From contig NC_086378.1 in the NCBI RefSeq assembly GCF_036588685.1, forward strand, positions 35,092,001 through 35,156,000: a stretch of DNA of 64,000 bases, in the 5' to 3' direction. Shown here piece by piece: positions 36,094 to 49,100 of this stretch (the stretch's first letter is position 1; every line of letters begins with the position of its first letter). Below the pieces are notes generated by a model. The model was given only the letters and a program-made list of their open reading frames with translations. It was not told the DNA's origin and made no database searches. The translations under genes and the position numbers were made by a program. The stretch comes from Mytilus trossulus. Lineage: Eukaryota.

Positions 36094-39000
36094 TCCTTTA
36101 ATTTTTCTTCCGTTTTTCAAACTTGTAACTAGAAAGAAAAACATATTTGTATATATGAAATAGGGTCCATATTTGAAGACAATTCCCCCGGAATGTTAGG
36201 CCTGTCCTTTTCATGACACCCTTCATCCTTTTAACACTAATGGGACCAATTTTTATTTATTGCTCCAGAAGCACATGTCGACATTTGTTTTTCAGTGATG
36301 CTAGAGGCCAAAATGTTTGAAAATCCAAAAGATGACCTGTTTTTTGTTGTTGTTATTAATTTTGTTTTTGGCAAGCAGTTGATTTTAATCAGTTTGTTTG
36401 AAACATAGTGGGAAAGCATTGTGCTATTGCTTTACTTTAATGTTGGTAACACTTTTGTATATGATTAATTGCGACGATTTTGACAAGTAGTAACGTCGCT
36501 ATACATAAAGGCAACAGTAATATACCACTGTTCGAAATTCATAAATCGATTGAGAAAAACCAAATCAGAGTTACAAACTAAAACTGAGGGAAACGCATCA
36601 GATATAAGAGAACTACCACACAACAGAAACACAATATTAAAATTTAACATACACAGAAACGAACTATCATATAACAATGGCCATTTCCCTGACCTGGTAC
36701 AGGGCATTTTAAGATAAAAAAAAAAAAGAAAAAAAAAAGGAAGATTATACCATTATATTATCACAATAGAACAATTATGCAAATAACTTTTATCTGAAGT
36801 TCTTGTCGCTTCCAACAATGAAGATACTTTGTTTTGGATAATTGATATTATAAATCAGGTTTGAACATTAAAAATACTCATTAAAGATAAGACAATATAA
36901 CAATCAAAATCAAGGAGTATACAAAGACTAAAAAACCAAGGGACATTTACATCAACATGTTATAAATAAAAGATAAGAAACATAGTTTATGCAGAGTGCA
37001 ACCTAAAAACATAACATAATTCATACTATTTAATTATTTACATTTTAAAAGATTTTATCAATATCGGGACTATTTAGTTTTTGTCTATATACATATATGT
37101 CTATTGTTCCCGTATGCTGACCTCGAAATGTCTGTATGTGTCAATTATTTCCTGTGTCAATGACACATTACCGATATATTTCTTCTTTATTCAAATATAC
37201 ACAAAAATAATAAAGAAATATTTCAGTTTTCGTGTACTCGTGCATTTTGAAATTCATTATGAATGTGTGTACTGTTATTTGATTAAATAACTATTTAAAA
37301 TATTTTTGAAAACTAATTGAGCTAACTTTTGTCATTTAACTTTAAATTAAATTGAAGCTACGTTAGAGTCTTTGATAAATAAACAATTATTAACTTTATC
37401 ATCTATAAGATGTTATTTTTGTGTATAACTTCTTTATGTTTTGTCTATGTTGTTAAACCTAGCATTAAAGACGGTTAGGAAATCAGATTCTTACCAGAAC
37501 GTTAGCTTAAATTTGGTAATATCCAGTACCTTTAACTTCTTAAACATCTTAATATTAGGGGGGAAGTCAAAACAAATTATGAAAGAGACATATTCAAACA
37601 AATTATTAAATATTCACCTTCAAATACATAAAAAAAAACAATTGAGATTACCTTTATCAGACAACCGGATGTTTATAAAAGGAATGTCCTTAAGATATTT
37701 AAATTGAAGTGTTGACCGTCTTATGTTTTGTACAGGTGATATTTAAAACACTGTAAACTTGACGTAACACATTTAACCTTATTAGTCACTAATAAGTCCT
37801 GTTCATAACTTCTAACATGTTTATTTTTTAAATAAATGTTCTATGATCATGGTTAGGATTAATCAGTGTTAGATGTTCAATTAACAAGAAACAAGATATT
37901 CTGTTGCGTATGAAATGTATTTTGTTCTAAAAAAAACATTAACTGACATCTGACCTTTGTATCATATATATATATTGATTGCGTTAAGTTCAAAGTTCTT
38001 GATATCATTATCACTACAGTTATTTTGAATAGGAAGAAAATTGTCAGTTTTAGCTAGTTCTTTTTTTTTAAATAACTGTTTCGAGATACAAGATGTATTT
38101 ATATATTCGTATTTTGAATAATTCATAAGGTCATGTAGTCGATTCTTTTTTTATCCACTCGCCAGATGGATAGTCAAAATTTGACCTTATTGAATTTGCC
38201 GGGGTTTTTCTTTTGATCATTTTAGAATTTTTTCATGCCCCCTTAAATTTCAGACTTTATCGGCTTGAATTCATGTTGTATTGAAGATTTAATGTTCATC
38301 TTTTCGTGTTTTTGTGTTTTCTTGTTGGGTGAATATTTTGCTGTCTCCTACACGTTTTGCACACATCTATTTTACTCTTTTCATACATTTTACGTTTTTT
38401 TAGCAATCAAGTAAGAAATGTATGATTGGTTGAAAGCTTAATCCTTATCTTAAACAATGCATGAACCGGTTTAATTATCTTTTCATGCTTCGGTTTTGTT
38501 TTGGGGTTGTTGGGGTTTTTTTTGGTGGTGGGGGGGACGTCATGTATCATGAACATTAAATAACACATACGTTTTGGAGCTAAGTCATCAATATTAAAAG
38601 AATGTGTGGATCATTGTACATGTTTTTTAACCTTACTTAACTCTTTTTTATTAAAAGTTCTCAGTGATTTTTTTTTCCATGTGCATGTCCAGAGCAGAAA
38701 AGGGTGTGATCTAACAATTTTATTTGTGTTTTTTTATTTAAAAAAACTGTAATCTGCTTAAAAGTAATACAGATTTACTTGAAGGTTATTGTAGAATTTT
38801 TATCATTAAATTGGTCAAAATAAGGAAAAACTGAAAAATGGATCACCTCCCTTTTGTAGCCATTCATCTATTTGAATCTTGTAAATTTGCACACATTTTT
38901 TTATTTCTGATTACTCCAGTAAGTATTCTTTAATTTGTATATGATACTTGTAGGGTTTTGTAAGATTTTAACTTCAAAATTGGTCAAAAACAAGAAAATT

Positions 39001-39220
39001 CCAATTTTAAGAAAATTGTGTTTTACCATTTTTTGGTACAGAGGTAACAATGAAAGAAAATTAGATATATCTCTTTATACTTTGTTATTGTGTTTAGATA
39101 ATATCTGAAAATAAATAATATATCACAGCAATTTGTCTGGTTTTTTTATGTATTGTTTCTAAATAAATATTTAAGATACTGTAATTTGTGTATATTTGTC
39201 TAAACCAGAACCCACAATCT

Positions 39221-39251
39221 GACACTTGGTTGCCATGGCAACCAAAGTGTC
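39221..39251. promoter_or_regulatory. Palindrome containing a consensus RFX X-box
   Basis: Perfect 20-bp palindrome TTGGTTGCCATGGCAACCAA (39226-39245), extended by GACAC/GTGTC arms. Confidence 0.5.
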
Positions 39252-40189
39252 CTAGCAACATAATGAATACTTTTTCATCAATCTTGATTGAAGGCAAGAT
39301 AACATACCAAATTTGGTGATAATCTGTTGACCCCCATGTATCATTTATTGCATGATTTTTACCCGGTGCCCTACTTAATTACACATCTTCAACTTTGTGC
39401 TTAAACCTTAAACGATATATTTTATTTCCCTTAAGTTTTCATTTCTTAAAGAAATGTCTATTTTAAAATATTCAAAATAAGCAGTTTCTGTTCATTATAC
39501 TAGCAAAAGCCATTTTCATAATTGTAAAAAGTGGAAAAAAAATGATTTTTGAAACTTCAAATTATTAAAATTCAAAGTAATCTATCATTCAGCCACAAAA
39601 ATTTTTAGGATCAACCTATCAAACAGAAAAACTGAAATAGATAAAATTCGCTTCGCGTTTTGTATTTTTTCTTTTCTTTTTTATCTTATATAGATATGAG
39701 AAGATGTGGGAAGTGCCAATTAAAATTGAGAATGAAAATGGGGAATGTGTCAAAGAGACAACAACCCGACCATATAAAAAACAACAGCAGAAGGTCACCA
39801 ACAGGTCTTCAATGTAGCGAGAAAATCCCGCACCCGGAGGCGTCCTTCAGCTGGCCCCTAAACAAATATGTACTAGCTCAGTGATAATGAACGCCATACT
39901 AATTTAATTAAACAACTCTCCTTCTAAGTCATGATTTGTAAAGGTCTAGATCTACATATACAGCTGGAAAGCAAAATTTGCACTTAATAATTAAGACAAT
40001 AGCAAGTATCGATGTAAGTCCCAGTAACTCGATTAAAAAAGACAAACCAAGATACAACTAGTGAAATTGCATGAACTTCAAATAGTAAAATAACCAAAAT
40101 ACCGGACTCCGAGGCACTGAAATGAATGAAAAGTCCCTAATCAAATTGCGAAATCAAAAGCCCAAACACATCAAACGAATGTATAAAAA

Positions 40190-43100
40190 ACTGTCATATT
40201 CCTGACCTGGTAAAGGCATTTTCGTGTAGAAAATGATAGTTTAAACCTGGTTTTATAGCTGACTAAACCTCTCACTCGTAAGAAAGGCACTTAAAATTCC
40301 ACCGCAATAGGTAAAAATGTCAACAAAAGGGGTACAGTAGTCCAAATAGTTTTTATAATCGTCATCACGATAAAATCATACAAATGTGTCAACATAGAAT
40401 AAAAGGAGCAAATCGAGTGTATCGACAGCATATGCGTCTACTGCTATGCATGCGCCACTTGCAGTGCGAGTGCAAACTCAGGAAATAAGTCGCAAGTAAC
40501 AATTTGAAAGCACTGTTTAAATAACATACCATACGAGACTTCCGTGACTGTTGCAGGGACAATTACTCCTATAAGATGTCATTGTATTGTTTCAAACCAA
40601 ATGTATCATATCTTCCTCACAATCAGGCAAACATTTTGCACTAGTGTTTTTATATATATATATTCAAACGTGACAGAGGAGAACATAAAACAAGGAACAA
40701 TCAAAACTTAGAATATGACATTGACGTTTGACCTTGACCTCAATTTCATTTTATTCAATTAAGAACATCAAACCAAAGTACCTTAGATCTCTATCACTTT
40801 CCATTCATACTATAGATCAATAGATCACTTTTGTCAAATACATAAGGAAAATAACTACCAGATTGAGTGTTTGTGTCGCTTCCGTCAAAATTGGACAAAC
40901 AATGCTGAGGTTATAACGAGCAATTAGGTAAAACATTTTTTTTAGGTTTATGGAGGAGATGCTGTGTATCGTTTTTTACACACGTTTCAAATTGTTTTAC
41001 GATACCATTTCCTTGAAAGTGCAGTTTATCAATGTTAGTGGTAGAACGGGTATGTACTTGTTTATCGTTGCAAGATTATCGAAAATATAATCATGAATAG
41101 ATAAACTGTAATCAATGTTGTCTATGAAGATGTTGGCTTGGTTTTAGAAGTAGGGATATTTACAAATGTACGATTAAATATTGGGAGAAAGAAAACATTT
41201 AGCCTGAAGCAATAGTTTGGTTTTCTAGATTTGATATTTTGCCAATTGATATTTTACCGTGTGTTTTTCTATGTTGTGCTGTTATGCTATTGTTTCAGAA
41301 AAAGGGAGAAGGTTTGGATCTATTAAAATGTTTAATTCCGCTGCAAATGTTTGCACCAGTCCTAAGTCAGGAATCTGATGTACAGTAGTTGTCGTTTGTT
41401 AATGTAATTTATACGTGTTTCTCGTTTTTCGTTTTTTTTTATATAGATTACATGGTTGATTTTCCCGTTTCAATGGTTTTACACTAGAAATTTTGGGGCC
41501 CTTTATAGCTTGTTGCTCGGTGTGAGGCGTGCTGAAGGCCGTACATTGACCTATAATGGTTTACTTTTTTTTAAATTGTTATTTGGATGGAGAGTTGTCT
41601 CATTGGCACTTACACCACATCTTCCTATAACTGTCATATTCCTGACCTGGTAAAGGCATTTTCGTGTAGAAAATGATAGTTTAAACCTGGTTTTATAGCT
41701 GATTAAACCTCTTACTCGTAAGAAAGGCACTTAAAATTCCACCGCAATAGGTAAAAATGTCAACAATAGGGGTACAGTAGTCCAAATAGTTTTTATAATC
41801 GTCATCACGATAAAATCATACAAATGTGTCAACATAGAATAAAAGGAGCAAATCGAGTGTATCGACAGCATATGCGTCTACTGCTATGCATGCGCCACTT
41901 GCAGTGCGAGTGCAAACTCAGGAAATAAGTCGCAAGTAACAATTTGAAAGCACTGTTTAAATAACATACCATACGAGACTTCCGTGACTGTTGCAGGGAC
42001 AATTACTCCTATAAGATGTCATTGTATTGTTTCAAACCAAATGTATCATATCTTCCTCACAATCAGGCAAACATTTTGCACTAGTGTTTTTATATATATA
42101 TATTCAAACGTGACAGAGGAGAACATAAAACAAGGAACAATCAAAACTTAGAATATGACATTGACGTTTGACCTTGACCTCAATTTCATTTTATTCAATT
42201 AAGAACATCAAACCAAAGTACCTTAGATCTCTATCACTTTCCATTCATACTATAGATCAATAGATCACTTTTGTCAAATACATAAGGAAAATAACTACCA
42301 GATTGAGTGTTTGTGTCGCTTCCGTCAAAATTGGACAAACAATGCTGAGGTTATAACGAGCAATTAGGTAAAACATTTTTTTTAGGTTTATGGAGGAGAT
42401 GCTGTTTATCGTTTTTTACACACGTTTCAAATTGTTTTACGATACCATTTCGTTGAAAGTGCAGTTTATCAATGTTAGTGGTAGAACGGGTATGTACTTG
42501 TTTATCGTTGCAAGATTATCGAAAATATAATCATGAATAGATAAACTGTAATCAATGTTGTCTATGAAGATGTTGGCTTGGTTTTAGAAGTAGGGATATT
42601 TACAAATGTACGATTAAATATTGGGAGAAAGAAAACATTTAGCCTGAAGCAATAGTTTGGTTTTCTAGATTTGATATTTTGCCAATTGATATTTTACCGT
42701 GTGTTTTTCTATGTTGTGCTGTTATGCTATTGTTTCAGAAAAAGGGAGAAGGTTTGGATCTATTAAAATGTTTAATTCCGCTGCAAATGTTTGCACCAGT
42801 CCTAAGTCAGGAATCTGATGTACAGTAGTTGTCGTTTGTTAATGTAATTTATACGTGTTTCTCGTTTTTCGTTTTTTTTTATATAGATTACATGGTTGAT
42901 TTTCCCGTTTGAATGGTTTTACACTAGAAATTTTGGGGCCCTTTATAGCTTGTTGCTCGGTGTGAGGCGTGCTGAAGGCCGTACATTGACCTATAATGGT
43001 TTACTTTTTTTTTAAATTGTTATTTGGATGGAGAGTTGTCTCATTGGCACTTACACCACATCTTCCTATAACTGTCATATTCCTGACCTGGTAAAGGCAT

Positions 43101-46100
43101 TTTCGTGTAGAAAATGATAGTTTAAACCTGGTTTTATAGCTGACTAAACCTCTCACTCGTAAGAAAGGCACTTAAAATTCCACCGCAATAGGTAAAAATG
43201 TCAACAATAGGGGTACAGTAGTCCAAATAGTTTTTATAATCGTCATCACGATAAAATCATACAAATGTGTCAACATAGAATAAAAGGAGCAAATCGAGTG
43301 TATCGACAGCATATGCGTCTACTGCTATGCATGCGCCACTTGCAGTGCGAGTGCAAACTCAGGAAATAAGTCGCAAGTAACAATTTGAAAGCACTGTTTA
43401 AATAACATACCATACGAGACTTCCGTGACTGTTGCAGGGACAATTACTCCTATAAGATGTCATTGTATTGTTTCAAACCAAATGTATCATATCTTCCTCA
43501 CAATCAGGCAAACATTTTGCACTAGTGTTTTTATATATATATATTCAAACGTGACAGAGGAGAACATAAAACAAGGAACAATCAAAACTTAGAATATGAC
43601 ATTGACGTTTGACCTTGACCTCAATTTCATTTTATTCAATTAAGAACATCAAACCAAAGTACCTTAGATCTCTATCACTTTCCATTCATACTATAGATCA
43701 ATAGATCACTTTTGTCAAATACATAAGGAAAATAACTACCAGATTGAGTGTTTGTGTCGCTTCCGTCAAAATTGGACAAACAATGCTGAGGTTATAACGA
43801 GCAATTAGGTAAAACATTTTTTTTAGGTTTATGGAGGAGATGCTGTGTATCGTTTTTTACACACGTTTCAAATTGTTTTACGATACCATTTCGTTGAAAG
43901 TGCAGTTTATCAATGTTAGTGGTAGAACGGGTATGTACTTGTTTATCGTTGCAAGATTATCGAAAATATAATCATGAATAGATAAACTGTAATCAATGTT
44001 GTCTATGAAGATGTTGGCTTGGTTTTAGAAGTAGGGATATTTACAAATGTACGATTAAATATTGGGAGAAAGAAAACATTTAGCCTGAAGCAATAGTTTG
44101 GTTTTCTAGATTTGATATTTTGCCAATTGATATTTTACCGTGTGTTTTTCTATGTTGTGCTGTTATGCTATTGTTTCAGAAAAAGGGAGAAGGTTTGGAT
44201 CTATTAAAATGTTTAATTCCGCTGCAAATGTTTGCACCAGTCCTAAGTCAGGAATCTGATGTACAGTAGTTGTCGTTTGTTAATGTAATTTATACGTGTT
44301 TCTCGTTTTTCGTTTTTTTTTTATATAGATTACATGGTTGATTTTCCCGTTTGAATGGTTTTACACTAGAAATTTTGGGGCCCTTTATAGCTTGTTGCTC
44401 GGTGTGAGGCGTGCTGAAGGCCGTACATTGACCTATAATGGTTTACTTTTTTTTAAATTGTTATTTGGATGGAGAGTTGTCTCATTGGCACTTACACCAC
44501 ATCTTCCTATAACTGTCATATTCCTGACCTGGTAAAGGCATTTTCGTGTAGAAAATGATAGTTTAAACCTGGTTTTATAGCTGACTAAACCTCTCACTCG
44601 TAAGAAAGGCACTTAAAATTCCACCGCAATAGGTAAAAATGTCAACAATAGGGGTACAGTAGTCCAAATAGTTTTTATAATCGTCATCACGATAAAATCA
44701 TACAAATGTGTCAACATAGAATAAAAGGAGCAAATCGAGTGTATCGACAGCATATGCGTCTACTGCTATGCATGCGCCACTTGCAGTGCGAGTGCAAACT
44801 CAGGAAATAAGTCGCAAGTAACAATTTGAAAGCACTGTTTAAATAACATACCATACGAGACTTCCGTGACTGTTGCAGGGACAATTACTCCTATAAGATG
44901 TCATTGTATTGTTTCAAACCAAATGTATCATATCTTCCTCACAATCAGGCAAACATTTTGCACTAGTGTTTTTATATATATATATTCAAACGTGACAGAG
45001 GAGAACATAAAACAAGGAACAATCAAAACTTAGAATATGACATTGACGTTTGACCTTGACCTCAATTTCATTTTATTCAATTAAGAACATCAAACCAAAG
45101 TACCTTAGATCTCTATCACTTTCCATTCATACTATAGATCAATAGATCACTTTTGTCAAATACATAAGGAAAATAACTACCAGATTGAGTGTTTGTGTCG
45201 CTTCCGTCAAAATTGGACAAACAATGCTGAGGTTATAACGAGCAATTAGGTAAAACATTTTTTTTAGGTTTATGGAGGAGATGCTGTGTATCGTTTTTTA
45301 CACACGTTTCAAATTGTTTTACGATACCATTTCGTTGAAAGTGCAGTTTATCAATGTTAGTGGTAGAACGGGTATGTACTTGTTTATCGTTGCAAGATTA
45401 TCGAAAATATAATCATGAATAGATAAACTGTAATCAATGTTGTCTATGAAGATGTTGGCTTGGTTTTAGAAGTAGGGATATTTACAAATGTACGATTAAA
45501 TATTGGGAGAAAGAAAACATTTAGCCTGAAGCAATAGTTTGGTTTTCTAGATTTGATATTTTGCCAATTGATATTTTACCGTGTGTTTTTCTATGTTGTG
45601 CTGTTATGCTATTGTTTCAGAAAAAGGGAGAAGGTTTGGATCTATTAAAATGTTTAATTCCGCTGCAAATGTTTGCACCAGTCCTAAGTCAGGAATCTGA
45701 TGTACAGTAGTTGTCGTTTGTTAATGTAATTTATACGTGTTTCTCGTTTTTCGTTTTTTTTTATATAGATTACATGGTTGATTTTCCCGTTTGAATGGTT
45801 TTACACTAGAAATTTTGGGGCCCTTTATAGCTTGTTGCTCGGTGTGAGGCGTGCTGAAGGCCGTACATTGACCTATAATGGTTTACTTTTTTTAAAATTG
45901 TTATTTGGATGGAGAGTTGTCTCATTGGCACTTACACCACATCTTCCTATAACTGTCATATTCCTGACCTGGTAAAGGCATTTTCGTGTAGAAAATGATA
46001 GTTTAAACCTGGTTTTATAGCTGACTAAACCTCTCACTCGTAAGAAAGGCACTTAAAATTCCACCGCAATAGGTAAAAATGTCAACAATAGGGGTACAGT

Positions 46101-49100
46101 AGTCCAAATAGTTTTTATAATCGTCATCACGATAAAATCATACAAATGTGTCAACATAGAATAAAAGGAGCAAATCGAGTGTATCGACAGCATATGCGTC
46201 TACTGCTATGCATGCGCCACTTGCAGTGCGAGTGCAAACTCAGGAAATAAGTCGCAAGTAACAATTTGAAAGCACTGTTTAAATAACATACCATACGAGA
46301 CTTCCGTGACTGTTGCAGGGACAATTACTCCTATAAGATGTCATTGTATTGTTTCAAACCAAATGTATCATATCTTCCTCACAATCAGGCAAACATTTTG
46401 CACTAGTGTTTTTATATATATATATTCAAACGTGACAGAGGAGAACATAAAACAAGGAACAATCAAAACTTAGAATATGACATTGACGTTTGACCTTGAC
46501 CTCAATTTCATTTTATTCAATTAAGAACATCAAACCAAAGTACCTTAGATCTCTATCACTTTCCATTCATACTATAGATCAATAGATCACTTTTGTCAAA
46601 TACATAAGGAAAATAACTACCAGATTGAGTGTTTGTGTCGCTTCCGTCAAAATTGGACAAACAATGCTGAGGTTATAACGAGCAATTAGGTAAAACATTT
46701 TTTTTAGGTTTATGGAGGAGATGCTGTGTATCGTTTTTTACACACGTTTCAAATTGTTTTACGATACCATTTCGTTGAAAGTGCAGTTTATCAATGTTAG
46801 TGGTAGAACGGGTATGTACTTGTTTATCGTTGCAAGATTATCGAAAATATAATCATGAATAGATAAACTGTAATCAATGTTGTCTATGAAGATGTTGGCT
46901 TGGTTTTAGAAGTAGGGATATTTACAAATGTACGATTAAATATTGGGAGAAAGAAAACATTTAGCCTGAAGCAATAGTTTGGTTTTCTAGATTTGATATT
47001 TTGCCAATTGATATTTTACCGTGTGTTTTTCTATGTTGTGCTGTTATGCTATTGTTTCAGAAAAAGGGAGAAGGTTTGGATCTATTAAAATGTTTAATTC
47101 CGCTGCAAATGTTTGCACCAGTCCTAAGTCAGGAATCTGATGTACAGTAGTTGTCGTTTGTTAATGTAATTTATACGTGTTTCTCGTTTTTCGTTTTTTT
47201 TTATATAGATTACATGGTTGATTTTCCCGTTTTAATGGTTTTACACTAGAAATTTTGGGGCCCTTTATAGCTTGTTGCTCGGTGTGAGGCGTGCTGAAGG
47301 CCGTACATTGACCTATAATGGTTTACTTTTTTTTAAATTGTTATTTGGATGGAGAGTTGTCTCATTGGCACTTACACCACATCTTCCTATAACTGTCATA
47401 TTCCTGACCTGGTAAAGGCATTTTCGTGTAGAAAATGATAGTTTAAACCTGGTTTTATAGCTGACTAAACCTCTCACTCGTAAGAAAGGCACTTAAAATT
47501 CCACCGCAATAGGTAAAAATGTCAACAATAGGGGTACAGTAGTCCAAATAGTTTTTATAATCGTCATCACGATAAAATCATACAAATGTGTCAACATAGA
47601 ATAAAAGGAGCAAATCGAGTGTATCGACAGCATATGCGTCTACTGCTATGCATGCGCCACTTGCAGTGCGAGTGCAAACTCAGGAAATAAGTCGCAAGTA
47701 ACAATTTGAAAGCACTGTTTAAATAACATACCATACGAGACTTCCGTGACTGTTGCAGGGACAATTACTCCTATAAGATGTCATTGTATTGTTTCAAACC
47801 AAATGTATCATATCTTCCTCACAATCAGGCAAACATTTTGCACTAGTGTTTTTATATATATATATTCAAACGTGACAGAGGAGAACATAAAACAAGGAAC
47901 AATCAAAACTTAGAATATGACATTGACGTTTGACCTTGACCTCAATTTCATTTTATTCAATTAAGAACATCAAACCAAAGTACCTTAGATCTCTATCACT
48001 TTCCATTCATACTATAGATCAATAGATCACTTTTGTCAAATACATAAGGAAAATAACTACCAGATTGAGTGTTTGTGTCGCTTCCGTCAAAATTGGACAA
48101 ACAATGCTGAGGTTATAACGAGCAATTAGGTAAAACATTTTTTTTAGGTTTATGGAGGAGATGCTGTGTATCGTTTTTTACACACGTTTCAAATTGTTTT
48201 ACGATACCATTTCGTTGAAAGTGCAGTTTATCAATGTTAGTGGTAGAACGGGTATGTACTTGTTTATCGTTGCAAGATTATCGAAAATATAATCATGAAT
48301 AGATAAACTGTAATCAATGTTGTCTATGAAGATGTTGGCTTGGTTTTAGAAGTAGGGATATTTACAAATGTACGATTAAATATTGGGAGAAAGAAAACAT
48401 TTAGCCTGAAGCAATAGTTTGGTTTTCTAGATTTGATATTTTGCCAATTGATATTTTACCGTGTGTTTTTCTATGTTGTGCTGTTATGCTATTGTTTCAG
48501 AAAAAGGGAGAAGGTTTGGATCTATTAAAATGTTTAATTCCGCTGCAAATGTTTGCACCAGTCCTAAGTCAGGAATCTGATGTACAGTAGTTGTCGTTTG
48601 TTAATGTAATTTATACGTGTTTCTCGTTTTTCGTTTTTTTTTATATAGATTACATGGTTGATTTTCCCGTTTGAATGGTTTTACACTAGAAATTTTGGGG
48701 CCCTTTATAGCTTGTTGCTCGGTGTGAGGCGTGCTGAAGGCCGTACATTGACCTATAATGGTTTACTTTTTTTAAAATTGTTATTTGGATGGAGAGTTGT
48801 CTCATTGGCACTTACACCACATCTTCCTATAACTGTCATATTCCTGACCTGGTAAAGGCATTTTCGTGTAGAAAATGATAGTTTAAACCTGGTTTTATAG
48901 CTGACTAAACCTCTCACTCGTAAGAAAGGCACTTAAAATTCCACCGCAATAGGTAAAAATGTCAACAATAGGGGTACAGTAGTCCAAATAGTTTTTATAA
49001 TCGTCATCACGATAAAATCATACAAATGTGTCAACATAGAATAAAAGGAGCAAATCGAGTGTATCGACAGCATATGCGTCTACTGCTATGCATGCGCCAC

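Noticed and set aside
39760-39860. HDV-like ribozyme in family A repeats (TTCTCGCT resembles L3/P3)
   Set aside because: I could not build the P1 and P3 pairings.
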